Position numbers and translations under genes: made by a program. A stretch of 64,000 bases of DNA, taken from NCBI RefSeq assembly GCF_052425735.1, contig NC_135770.1, forward strand, positions 10,664,001-10,728,000. The letters are read 5' to 3'. Positions 34,681 to 45,971 of this stretch are shown here, in pieces. The DNA is from Oculina patagonica (taxonomy: Eukaryota). Below the pieces are notes generated by a model. It was not told the DNA's origin. It searched no databases and worked only from the letters and a program-made list of their open reading frames with translations. Position 1 is the first letter of the stretch, and each line of letters opens with the position of its first letter.

Positions 34681-37600
34681 TCAGCTGGCTGGCTTGTCCA
34701 ATATGGCAACAGGCGCAAGGATTCTGTTTTTATTAGTTTCCACTATTTGTCCATTCATGATCATTTCATCCAAGATCATGTGCACTTTGTCCAGATTGAA
34801 CATTATCTTCAAGAAGGTCAAAAGTCAAGGAAGCAATCATGTTTTTTTATACCTACCACCGTTCACTGTTACAAAACAAGCAGAGCAAGGACATTCACTT
34901 ATGGAACCCTTCCTTAATGCTAAGAAAAACCATGTGTCTGTGGCGCATCTAGGGAAGGGGGCCCAGGCCCCCCTTATTTTTAGAACAAATAGAAGCCCAA
35001 AGGGCCGAGAAAATTTTTTTTCAAGAGCGCCCCCCTCCCCACTCCCTTATTCTTGGGTTGGCTGTTCGGGCCCTCCCTTACCTGAAGGTCTGGATCCGCC
35101 ACTGTGTTTAGATAATCAGTTGTCGTTCTTTTTAATAATCTACCTGCATTAATTAAACAAGCTACATTGATTTCCATTTTTAAGAACCATATAATCAGTC
35201 TTAAGACTTAACTTTAGAGGCATTAGGTTTTGTTTTTTTTTTTTGTTTGTTATTAAATTTTGGGGCGGTTTCTTATGAATATGCGTATGCAACTTGGTTC
35301 CCATATTCTTCTAATTGTTTAAAATTATTTTGATTGATCTTTGTTACTTTTTAAGTGCTCTTTTTATCTGCCTTTTATTTAAGTCCTTGTACATACCATA
35401 AATATTTTTATTATGTAGTCACAATTTACGCAGGGCCCTGTTGATGCCACTTAGTGCTTAGTGCCCAATGAGCAAGTAACATAAGATTATTTTTTCTTTG
35501 TTTGTTGTTGTTGTTTTTTTGGCACGTTAAATAAGGCCACTGAAAAAAGCCCTCAGGCTAATTAACACACAATGGCTCCAATGGCTCCACAATGGCACAT
35601 TTGTTTATATGAAATTGCAGAACAACAAGCCGAACCATCTCAATATGCATGGGATAAGTGCCCACTAAAAAAGGAGGTACCATCCTTTGAACAAGCCAGT
35701 ACTTTACACAACAAACTGCTAAGGATACATCCAATTCACACTGCAAAAAAATGAAAGAAGTACGACAAATTGTTTTTTTATAATGATTTTTTTTTTTCAA
35801 ATTAAAAAGTAATCTAGTGACAGTATGGCCTGCTTTCAGGGGTTAAAATTATTTTTTGAGGTTATGTACCACTTACCAGGGTGTTAAAATCTAAAAATAA
35901 CCACCATTTGTAAATGTATTTTTAGAGTAAAAATCTTCATTCAAGCTTGTGGGTCATGAAGCAACTAGGAGTTTGTCTACTCCCCCTTGGATGGGACAAA
36001 AGTCCATCATAGGGTATTCCCCCAGTGCTGAATTTGCTGGAATTCAATTTTACGCACATGTGTGGAGAGAGGCAATGTGGGAAGAATATTTACTGCCTTG
36101 CCCTTCCGATATTAATACTGTGTTGGCAGACCAGACCAATCAAGCATGAAAACAAATGGTATCTTGAAGGGGTCAGTAAAAAATATTGAGCCATTACTGC
36201 ACAGATTGGTCTCCTTTATATAAAAATAAAGGGTTTAATTCAACTTTTATATGAGATCCACCCCTCCCCCCAGAGGGAACCTTCCCTATCAGTCTAAATG
36301 TTTTTTAAAAATTTGTTCCTTTTGAGAGTGAAAAGAAATTCTGGCCTATTATGCTATTCTCAGACCTATTTTGGGAAACTAATGATCAACCTCATCACTT
36401 TTATATGGGAGTCTCCCCACCCTTAGTGATTCAGTATAAATCAAAACTCACCACACTAGAAAAATAACGATCCAAAGTTTCCACAAGGATATGAATGAAC
36501 TCCAGTATTGATAATTCATTCTGAAGACAAACAGTCATGCAGCATTGATGTCAGAATTATAAGATACTGAAGTTTGCGTATAGATTGTTCAAAGTAAAAC
36601 AAGTCGCAGCTAAGGCAGCCAGCTAACATCATGTACTACAAAAAGAGAAAAAGTAACTTGCCTCATCTGAATCGACACCAACAATAAACAACAGTGAGGC
36701 ATATCTTCTGTAAATGACTTTGAAATTCTTGAATTCTATAAAAGGACACTGAAAAAACAACAAAGGGAGTAGTATGATGGAGAATATATATGCTAATTCC
36801 TTGTTATACACAAACCGAACACAATGGTATGAAGTAATGTGATTTAATGCAAACATTATGTATTGATCAGTCAATTCCAATACCGCCCATCCCCCCCCCC
36901 CCCCCCCCCGGGCATACCCAGGGCATTTGACTTGAGATTAGCTCTGTAAAGCCAGGAATTTGACGCAAAACTTCGCCCACCCGGTGGGGCATTTGACCAT
37001 CGATGAAACAATGGTCAGCAGTCACATGCAAAAGCATTTCAACATCCGTTCATTCACTGCAACTACAAATGTTCACAGTACTCATGCTATTCCATGATTC
37101 CACCTCTGTTTTTTGTTACGGTATCCTTTTTTACCTTAATCGAAAAACATTTAACTGTGGATTTGTTGTCAGAGGACAATTCTTCACGTTTTTAATATCT
37201 ACAAGCTCAAGGTATTTTCAAGAAACCCTTCCCAGATAACGTATTAGCAGAGCTACACGAAGCGAAAGTAAACATTGATGTTTTCGTCGTCTTGTTGTAT
37301 TTTTTTCATTTTGTCTTAAAACCCGAAAAGTGTGCGGAATTTGACGCTCTGTGAAGCCCTGACTGGTGGGGCATTTGACCGTCGAAACTGCCAACATAGC
37401 GGGGAATTTGACCAAAATTTTTCGACAAAAGTCAAATATATACCCGGGTGTTTGCCCGGGGGGGGGGGGGGGGGCATGAGCGGTTTTGGAATTGACTGAT
37501 ACATTATCTAGAGAAATTCCTCAGGAATTTTGAGTTTTTTGAGGACATTAACCGAGAAAATATCACCATTTTTATGATCAAGACGATTATTCAAAAATTA

Positions 37601-37885
37601 TTTTTCTTTTTAATAGTGTCGACACCTCCATCTGCAAGCTTACAGCGACTGGAAGACTTTGTTATTTAATTAAGTGCTAGATTATTGTAATTATGTGTGG
37701 ATCTCCTGACGCTGAAATATTAAAATTGATATTAAGGTATCAAATACCTGATCGTCGCTTCTTGCCAAGCATTTTCGCGTTATTTCAGCCTCCATATTCG
37801 TCCTCTCTTCAAGTTCCAAGTGTTCATAGTATTGAGAAAGTCGAGTATGTCCTTGCTTGTTAACAAGGAGTAGAAATTTCAACAT
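34681..37885 (-). CDS. AP4S1: AP-4 complex subunit sigma-1, 143 aa, 5 coding exons (37748-37885, 36662-36748, 36452-36520, 35729-35740, 34681-34806)
   Basis: [20 protein letters not shown] / [14 protein letters not shown] / [20 protein letters not shown] / CELD / [26 protein letters not shown]; all junctions are phase 0. Confidence 0.95.
34807..35728 (-). other. U12-type (minor spliceosome) GT-AG intron
   Basis: Donor GTATCCTT, branch-site TTCCTTGAC about 15 nt upstream of the AG. Confidence 0.9.
36857..37506. mobile_element. MITE in AP4S1 intron 1
   Basis: Inverted termini ATCAGTCAATTCCAA.ACCGC.CAT.CCCCC / GGGGGCATGAGCGGTTTTGGAATTGACTGAT; internal GGGCATTTGAC repeats. Confidence 0.78.
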
Positions 37886-37994
37886 TATAACACCTTTTTG
37901 AAATCAACTTCTTTCACTTTCAAGCGCTCAGGAAAAATATTGCCAGGCGTTACTTTCTCCATACACATGAAAACGAGGCGCCAAAACAATCAAG
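37886..37994. promoter_or_regulatory. Bidirectional promoter region (109 bp between divergent ATGs)
   Basis: AP4S1 ATG at 37885 (-) and partner ATG at 37995 (+); YY1-type CAAGATGGCG overlaps the + strand start codon. Confidence 0.7.
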
Positions 37995-40900
37995 ATGGCG
38001 ACGCATCCGGAACCTAGAGGCAGTTTGAGCGAAACTGACTCCCTCGAAATACTTCAATCAGACCACCAGGATGATCTTTACAGCTATAAAGAATGCAAAC
38101 AGATTGGGAAAAGCTTTTTGAATGACTTGAAACAATCCATAAGAGTCGAATATTTACCAAAAATAGAAGAGCCCAGTGTTAAAGCGACGAAATACCTCGA
38201 GGAAACACAAGTTTTGCAACTGTTAGAAGTAAGCTTTAAGGTTATCTTAACTACATCTCGCCCATATGTCTACTTTTTACTTTTTTTTACTTTTTGAACG
38301 ATTTGTTTTTGATGTCTTGATTAATGAAATATATCAAAATGTAAGTTTTATTAATAGTAAACTTCAGTAATTAGATTTATTTATATTTAATATTTAGCAA
38401 TTCAATTATTGGATGAGGCAGAGTATTATGCAGATCGAGGAGGGTGTTATCCGCCGAAGCCGAATAATTCTTCATATCATACAAAAGCCGAATTCAATAA
38501 TTGTTTTATTATTCATTCAAAATATTTCCAGAGCTCCAAATGCGCAAAATGAATTTAAGGTATCAGTGTACCCCAAAATTGACCATTTTTAAGAAAAATA
38601 TATTTTGGTATTTTCAGGTAGATCTCATTAAGACCTTTCATTCAAAAAAAAGAGCATGGAAAAAGATTGACTCTACACAAAGTTATGAACGAAAAACTTT
38701 TCTTGCCATTAATTATTTGATATTGTTAGCTGTCAACAGGTTGTCTAAAGAAGCGCGGCGATCTACCGTTGCGTGATTTTATATCACAGTTCTTGCAATT
38801 GGTTTTGGACGAGATGCTTTGGGTGTTTTTCGCTGACAAAATGCATAGTTTTTCAGACGTGAAAGAAGAAACATTTTCCCATTCCTTTCTCATGTTCAAA
38901 GAATGGTGCAATAACAGAAAAAGACAAAAGATTTGGCAGATGCACTAGTAGATAGCGACAGCGAATTATTTTTCGCCGCTTGAAGCGGTAACAACGGTAA
39001 CGCCACAACCCGGCATCACGACCAGTTCCTCGGCTTACTTGGGACTCCACGTTTTTGTTGTTTTAGATTTAACATGTCTAAAACTGTTGCACTAAGACGA
39101 AAATTGTTATAAAGCGAGCGGTAGAAATAAAATTATGCAACAGACTGTTTCCGACCAGAAGCAGCATTTGACACCGCTTTGAACAAGTTCTATTGTTAAA
39201 GTAAAATGAACCTTCATTCTATCGCTCAACGCATGATCATTTTCACACGTCTTGTATAATTAATCTCATTAAAGCGGAAGCACGCCTCAAAATACATTTT
39301 CTTTCGTATCTCGTAAACAAAGTTTCGAAGAGAGAGGTGCACATTTTAAGTTCGTTTTCAATGGGGTTTCAACAATTTTCGCTGAAATTTGGTAAGAATG
39401 TTGCCCGATAATTGAGCAACAAAACTATGTCGGCGAATTTTAACTTTTTTCTTCTTTCAAAAGTTATGGCTGTTTAAACGCAGACAATAGTTTTTCCTTA
39501 CACTCTTAAAGTTTATCTGCGTGTCAAAAACAAACCAGACAAGTAATCAATATTCCCCGACACAGTTTCTTAGAGAAATGTGTGAAGAACACATAGCGAT
39601 GCTAATTGCTTTTTCCCACTCAAATTTGTTCGGAAACGAACCCGATTTATGAGCCTCGGTACTTTTGGAAATAACACGCTCTTTTTGGATAACATTAATA
39701 TTTTTACTTAAAATATTCTCCGTAATCTACAATTCCTAAGCTTTCAGAAAATATAATGTACTTTGTTGGGGTTTGCGTTAATTACCAGACGGTAAGGCAG
39801 CTCCAACGCATGATGGTCATTTGGGGTACACTGATACCTTATAGGGTTTTGACAATATACAACAACTTTCGCTTCAAAATTTAATTTAAACTTCAAAACT
39901 TGGTTACCTTCATAAAAATTTCTTGTTCTTTATTATGTCGATATTTAGCAGTTGCTTGAAGTGTCTAGGGAAGCTAAATCTGACTACACAAACTGAAAGT
40001 GACGCTTTCAAAAACAGGTTAACATCGTTCTTGCTTACTTCAATGTAAAACCTCTCCAAGTCCTCCGCTGTGGCTGCTTCAGAAATTTGTTTTTCTAAAA
40101 GATAAGCTTTGAAAATCATTTGACTGGCTTTCATTGCCTTTTTTATGTTGAAACTGTCCTTGTCTTCTAATAATTTGGTAATTTTCTGGTCGTCGTACTG
40201 CACAAATCTCGCTATTTTCCCCTTTTTTAAGTCGTTCTGCACCATAGCAGTTGTCGTGTAACATGGGAACGAGGTTGCGATCGGTTAATGCTGTGGGAAC
40301 GAGGTTGCCATCAGTTAATTTTTGATGTAGGACATTGACGTTATTTTCGTATAATAGAACCTTCTTCCAAATTTAGTCGGTGCTAGCCAGTTAGGCTGCT
40401 GGAATTAACCGAAATTGGCCAGTATGGGCCACTAGGCTCGAAGCAGACTTACCTACCTTACCTGAAAGCCAATTGCAATCAGAAACGGGGAATATTTTGA
40501 ATGAGTAAAAATATAAAATAACTCAGATACTACGCACGCTCTGATTGGTCAAATTGGTCATAAAACCAATGTACTATTGCACTGGTAAATTCTCACTTCC
40601 GTCCCGACATGGCCGCACTACACTCGATTACACATAAGCACGAAGAATTAACTTAGTTTAATGTCTTCTTTTGGTCTATCTGATTGTTAAAATGGAGGAT
40701 ATGACTCTCATTGTGAAAATTTACCAAGGGTGGATCAGGGCCATTCCAAAAAAATTTCACCCCGCCCCCAATTGACGAATTCTTTTAAGAGGTCTAAAAA
40801 TATGTTGGCACCTTTGATTCTTTCTGAGGGGGTAAGTAAAAAATGAGCAAGAAGTGGACTTTTTTGATGGGGGCATCATGTCGGCACTTTGATCTTTTCT

Positions 40901-41622
40901 TTTTAGGGGGTAAATTTTGACTTACTTTGTCAACAGGGGGGATGTGGATATAAAATAGAATGGCCCTCACAAAAATTAATCTTTCCGCCCACCACAGCTG
41001 GAGTGAAGGAACTAGAAAAAAAAGGCAGAACCAAAACTGGTGTTATATATATTTCTAAAAAAGTCCTTGCATAGAGCTTAGAGCACTTAATTGTTAAAAG
41101 CACTCAAATTTGTCAACATTAAATATAAATTACAGCTGTGAAATGAAAAAAAGCTTAAGTGTATAATTAATAGATACACTGTAAGACAAACCTGTAACAC
41201 GTTAAATAACATCATTATCATACACATTTTACCCAGGATGTCAGATCAAAGTTACGCAATACATAGCTACAGCATGGACATTTTAATTTATTTCATTTTC
41301 AATGCAATTGAATGTGACCGGTCAACATGACCGGCAAGACGAAAGGTTGACCAATCAACTCCCCAATCAGTCCGGGCATTGTCTGTTGATCGGCCATTAT
41401 TAAGAGCCCTGCTAGGGGGTGTCTAAGTTTTTGCATCAAATGTTCATCTGAGGAAAACAAATGCCAAAGCTAATGTCTTCTTTATATTTTTTTTTTCAGG
41501 ACTTAATTGCCAAGCTTGTCTTTAAGAGGCCAGAAAAACCAATAGACTTTCTAGTAAAAGAAATGGAAGAATTGAAGAGAAAAGGAACAGAAAAAAACAA
41601 AGAAGACATAACACCTTGCTGA
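37995..41622 (+). CDS. 118-aa protein with an RIIa/Dpy-30-type dimerisation/docking domain (TEX55/EFCAB10-like); exons 37995-38228 and 41500-41622
   Basis: Spliced product reads KATKYLEETQVLQLLE|DLIAKLVFKRPEKPIDFLVKEM, matching the YL...i..l...l....l...P..P..Fl pattern; GTAAGC donor, long T-tract CAG acceptor, AATAAA signals near 41745 and 41798. Confidence 0.82.
38559..39838. mobile_element. Non-autonomous TTAA-targeting DNA transposon (Kolobok-like)
   Basis: Perfect 19-bp TIR GGTATCAGTGTACCCCAAA, flanked by TTAA (left) and TTAT (right); RR...YY termini. Confidence 0.8.
39900..40250 (-). mobile_element. Crypton (DUF3504/ZMYM-related tyrosine recombinase) N-terminal relic
   Basis: RF......I..LLEDKDS.N.KKA.K....IFKAYL.EK...LERFYIEV.K.D.....KASL...RF...RHF....IDIIK..F pattern recalled from animal Crypton proteins. 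Confidence 0.62.
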
Positions 41623-44600
41623 AAAATCAATATATGAGATTTATAAAAATGTCCGCAAAGGACTTTAAACAAACAAGAAAAGTTAGTCAACATGGGTGTG
41701 ACATTATGACATTATTTTTTGATAATTTTTTACAAAGATTTAAAAATAAATGAGTTTGGAAATTTGTAAAACAAAGTTGGGAACGAGTGTCCTATGAGAA
41801 TAAATTAATTTAATATTGGATTAATCAATTTTGTTGCAAATCATGTATTGTTTGTATAAAACTGTTTTAGAGGTTTACAACAATGTAAAGTTAATAATTC
41901 TGTACCTGGTTTGAATACTTTTTTGCTTTGATATTTCCTTTGTGCTGCCATGTTTGTTTTTGCAAAGCTTGATAGGGGATTATGACATCACTGCATGGTC
42001 ATTAGTTGCTGTTTGGTTTAGAGCTGCATTATCATTTCCAGCTAGTGTTAAATCCCCTTCGCAGTTATTGTTTTGTGCCGGAGGGAGGGAGCGTTGCATA
42101 ACGAGCCCAAACATTGGCTGCAAAGGAGACTAGTGTTCATACAGTACAATAACCATTAGAAAACAAATAAAAGGAAAAAGATCCCCAAAAGACAGGAAAT
42201 GTAGTATGGTGTATATCAGGGGGTGGGGGTACTACTCCCTCATATAGGCTATTTAGGTCTGTGCCATGGGATAGCTAGGGTATGGTTTCAGCCCATACAA
42301 GGGTACCCCTTTTGCCCCTTTTGACATTGTGATTCTGGTGTGATCTTCCTTTGATAGGGCTTAAAATTACAGTGCATAAACATCCAGCTAAAGGAAAAAG
42401 ATATTGTTTCTTAAAACTGAATAACCCATTAAACTTTCGATGTCACAGAACAGAAATAAAGGTGGGCTTTTCACAAAATCCGGGTATCAATTGCCCATTT
42501 TCTACCCTTTAATATTTCTCCCCCTCCCCTCCCCTCTTAGCCCCCGAAAAGGAAAAAATGGTTACCCCTTTTTAAAAATGTTTGCATTCAAATTCTGTGC
42601 AGGTACATCGAGCAATAGCTAGCAATGAAATAGGATGAGAGTTAAGAGTTGAAGCTGTGCTAGCAGAATCCTGAGAGACCTGAGATATATTGCATGACGA
42701 GCCCATTATTATTTATACTTATTACACAACGACAAGAACGCCTTGCTAATCTTTTCAATTTAGTATATAAAGAGGTCGCTAGACGAGTGCAAACGTGACC
42801 CTGTTTGCATAACGATCGAGAGTAATCCATATCGACACAGTCCTTCGACAGATGACATGTTCGCAAAACCTCTCAACTGCACATTTTCTTTTCTCTTTGA
42901 CTTCTCTTTTTCGAACAATAGAGGCAAAAATTCATAACCACCCCCTTCCTTCGCCTGCTACGGAAGCTATAAAAATTCACAAAATATGGCGGGAATGCTT
43001 TGGCGGGATTTTAATAATCTCTTCCAAAGGTCGTATTGCGTAACGTACACAACACGTGATCACCGCAGTGTGTTTTGAAACACAATGTGATGATCGACAT
43101 CGCTTACTAGACTGTGATGTCTGAACAAGTTACGAGTTTATCATGGAACTCCAGGGCCGTTAGTCCTTTCCATCATGATCCAAACAATTGCCACGCATCA
43201 AGGAGTCGCCATTAACAAAGATCCAGCCCTCGAGTTTACTCAGCAGTGAATGAACAGTGAGTAAAAAGCTTTGTTTGTTTTGAGTTTACTGCGATGGCGT
43301 TCTCTGTGATACATCACTGGTTACATTTACCGGTCCGGTCAAGACTGATTTCGTACGTGTACAGTATTTGATTTGATTGAGGTTAAGCTGGGTTATGATT
43401 ATTATACCAGTGAACTGATTGATCGACTTGCCGCGGCGTGCAAATGGCATGTGATGAAGAGTTCGTTTAGCGGGATCGACCGGATGATGAATAACAGTTT
43501 AATAGCGCATAAACAATATTAAAACGAACGCAGCATCGATGAATATTAGCAATATACTTCGCCTTTTTTCCGCGGTTTGGAAAGTCTGTTTTCACTGTAA
43601 TAGCCATAAATAGTTTTTATTTTACTGTGTTATGTAATCAATAACTGAACTCAAAACACAGCGAATCTGCCGGAACGAGCAAAGACAAATACTAGGCGAA
43701 ATTCAGATAAAAATATCGTTCGAGTGGCATGATGCGGTATAAACTCGCAACTTCACTGTAACGCCAAATGCACCATATATTATCATCACCCAGATCTTTC
43801 CTCAGAATATGATTTCGTTCTTTAAGTCAAGATCAAAGGTAAATTATTTCTTAATTTAATCATTTACTCCTTATTGTTCCATTTGTTACTTCCTAAAATT
43901 CATGCCGAGCAGCAGTAAGATCACGTTAAAATCATGACAACTCAGTTGTGCACGCGCTTGTTGTAAATTTCGCCACCGCACATAGTTAAAATACGTCAGT
44001 GTGCTTCGATTTCTCTTCCGGTGAAAACTGGGTCCGACGAGAAATACTTGTTTCTTTGCGGTAAAACCTTCACAACATACGGATTGGCGATGCTTTATTG
44101 CATGTACAGGTAAATTCCCCTGAGGGAATATTTACAGTGTAGTACCATTACGATGTCGTAATAATGTTGATTTCATCTGCATATTGTCCATTATATTAGC
44201 AAGAACATTTTATCATTATATGCAGTGCCCCACGTTTATCGATTTTTTGTGCGGACGATTGAAATACTTGCGGTTTGTAAGATTTCCGGGTTTGAATCGG
44301 TTTGGAGGAATATACACCCACGTTTATAGGAATATCATAATTATTTTTATATTCTCTGATTAATCCTTTTCACATACTGTGCTAAAATTGCTGTTTTTAT
44401 CGTCTGAATTTAATATTTTCCAAATGAGACGACGTGGCTCATCCAAATGGGCTAATAAATATTTCATTCCGTACATTTATATTTCTTTTAGTTTGTTTTA
44501 TAAGATAATAAATGGAAGTTGTTATTAGAAATCAACCATTGGCGTTCGTAGCGAATCAACTTGTATGATTATAAGCTGTTCTTAAGGGCAATTATTAGTT

Positions 44601-44821
44601 TAAACATGTTTTTCCAAACAAATCACGGATTTTTTTCTTGTTTGCATAATTTTAATTTTGACAGTTCTGAGTGACGTTATGTAGCAAAACAAATAGATTA
44701 AGTTTATTTCCATGCTTTCCACTAATTAATTCAGTAGTTGCACCTTTAGTTAGGTCAGTTTCAAGTTAGTGAGCTAGATATTTTGATCAATGTGGTCAGG
44801 GTTTCATCTTTCCTCCCCTAT

Positions 44822-45082
44822 GGGGAGCCGCGATGGCGCAGTGGTGAGAGCGCTCGCCTCCCACCAATGTGGTCCGGGTTCGATTCCGGCCCGGTGCCAT
44901 ATGTAGGTTGAGTTTGTTGTTGGTTCTCGTCCTTGCTCCGAGCGTTTTTCTCCGGGTTCTCCGGTTTTCCTCCCTCCACAAAAACCAACACTTCTAAATT
45001 CCAATTCGATCGGGAATCCGAGGGCCACAGGTTTGTCAGTCGAAGACTGTTACGTGCAACCCTCATAAAACAAAGTTGATTT
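44822..45082 (+). mobile_element. tRNA-derived SINE, family A, full length
   Basis: Colinear and near-identical to 5-268; intact A and B boxes. Confidence 0.88.
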
Positions 45083-45489
45083 TTTTCTTTTTTTTTTTAT
45101 ATATATATATATATCTAATCAACGATTTTTTTGTTTGCATAATTTAAATATTGACAGATTTGTGAGATGTTGCGTTGAATTTTATTACAAAAGGATAGGA
45201 AAACAAATAGATGTAAAGTTTATTTTCATGCCTTACGCTAATTTAGTAGTTGCTCTTTTTAGTCATGTTAGTTTTAAGTGAATGATAATTTCATCAGTGT
45301 GGTCAGGTTTTTCATTTTCCGTCTCTATCACATGTTATTATTTTCTCTTCAGATTCTTAAAAACACAAAGCAGGGGTATATCCAGGATCTTATTGTTTTG
45401 TTTTTTGTTTGTTTGTTTTTTTCGGGGGCAGGGGGTGGCAGTGTAAATACAAAACTACTGCCAGTGCTAGTCCCTAACGCATTTGAGAA

Positions 45490-45774
45490 TAGAGCGGTTT
45501 TCACTTGAGTGTCGAAAGTAAATTGCGTTTTCTTTGGTTTTGCATTACTACGCTTAGTGATTGGCTTAAAAATCTCGCGCCACTTTCTCAGCCAATCAGA
45601 ACTAAAGCCAAAACCAATCGTGACTCGCTAGCGCACGTTTTCCCGCGCTTCGTGCCAGCTACATGTATTTGCTTCGAGTTTTGATTGGTTCACTGGATTG
45701 TCTGTGTCCTTTGTGATTGGCCGGAGTAATTACTTTGGTTTTGCTTTTACGACACTCAATTGAAAACTGCTGTA
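45490..45774. mobile_element. MITE with ATTGG/CCAAT internal repeats
   Basis: TIR TAGAGCGGTTTTCA.TTGAGTGTCG / CGACACTCAATTGAAAACTGCTGTA. Confidence 0.78.
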
Positions 45775-45971
45775 TGCTTTCCCTGACCAAAACAAGTACA
45801 ATCTACTCATAGGGATTTCTATCCCTAGAGATAGGGAAGTCTTAAATATCGTCAGGATTTGGAGAACCTGGGTATCTCCAACCCTTCCCTTCTCTGCCCT
45901 CCCACTCACCCACCTTATTGTTGCTGAAACTCAAAACATGATGTTTCTGTTGTTCTTTTCAGTCAGCTGTA

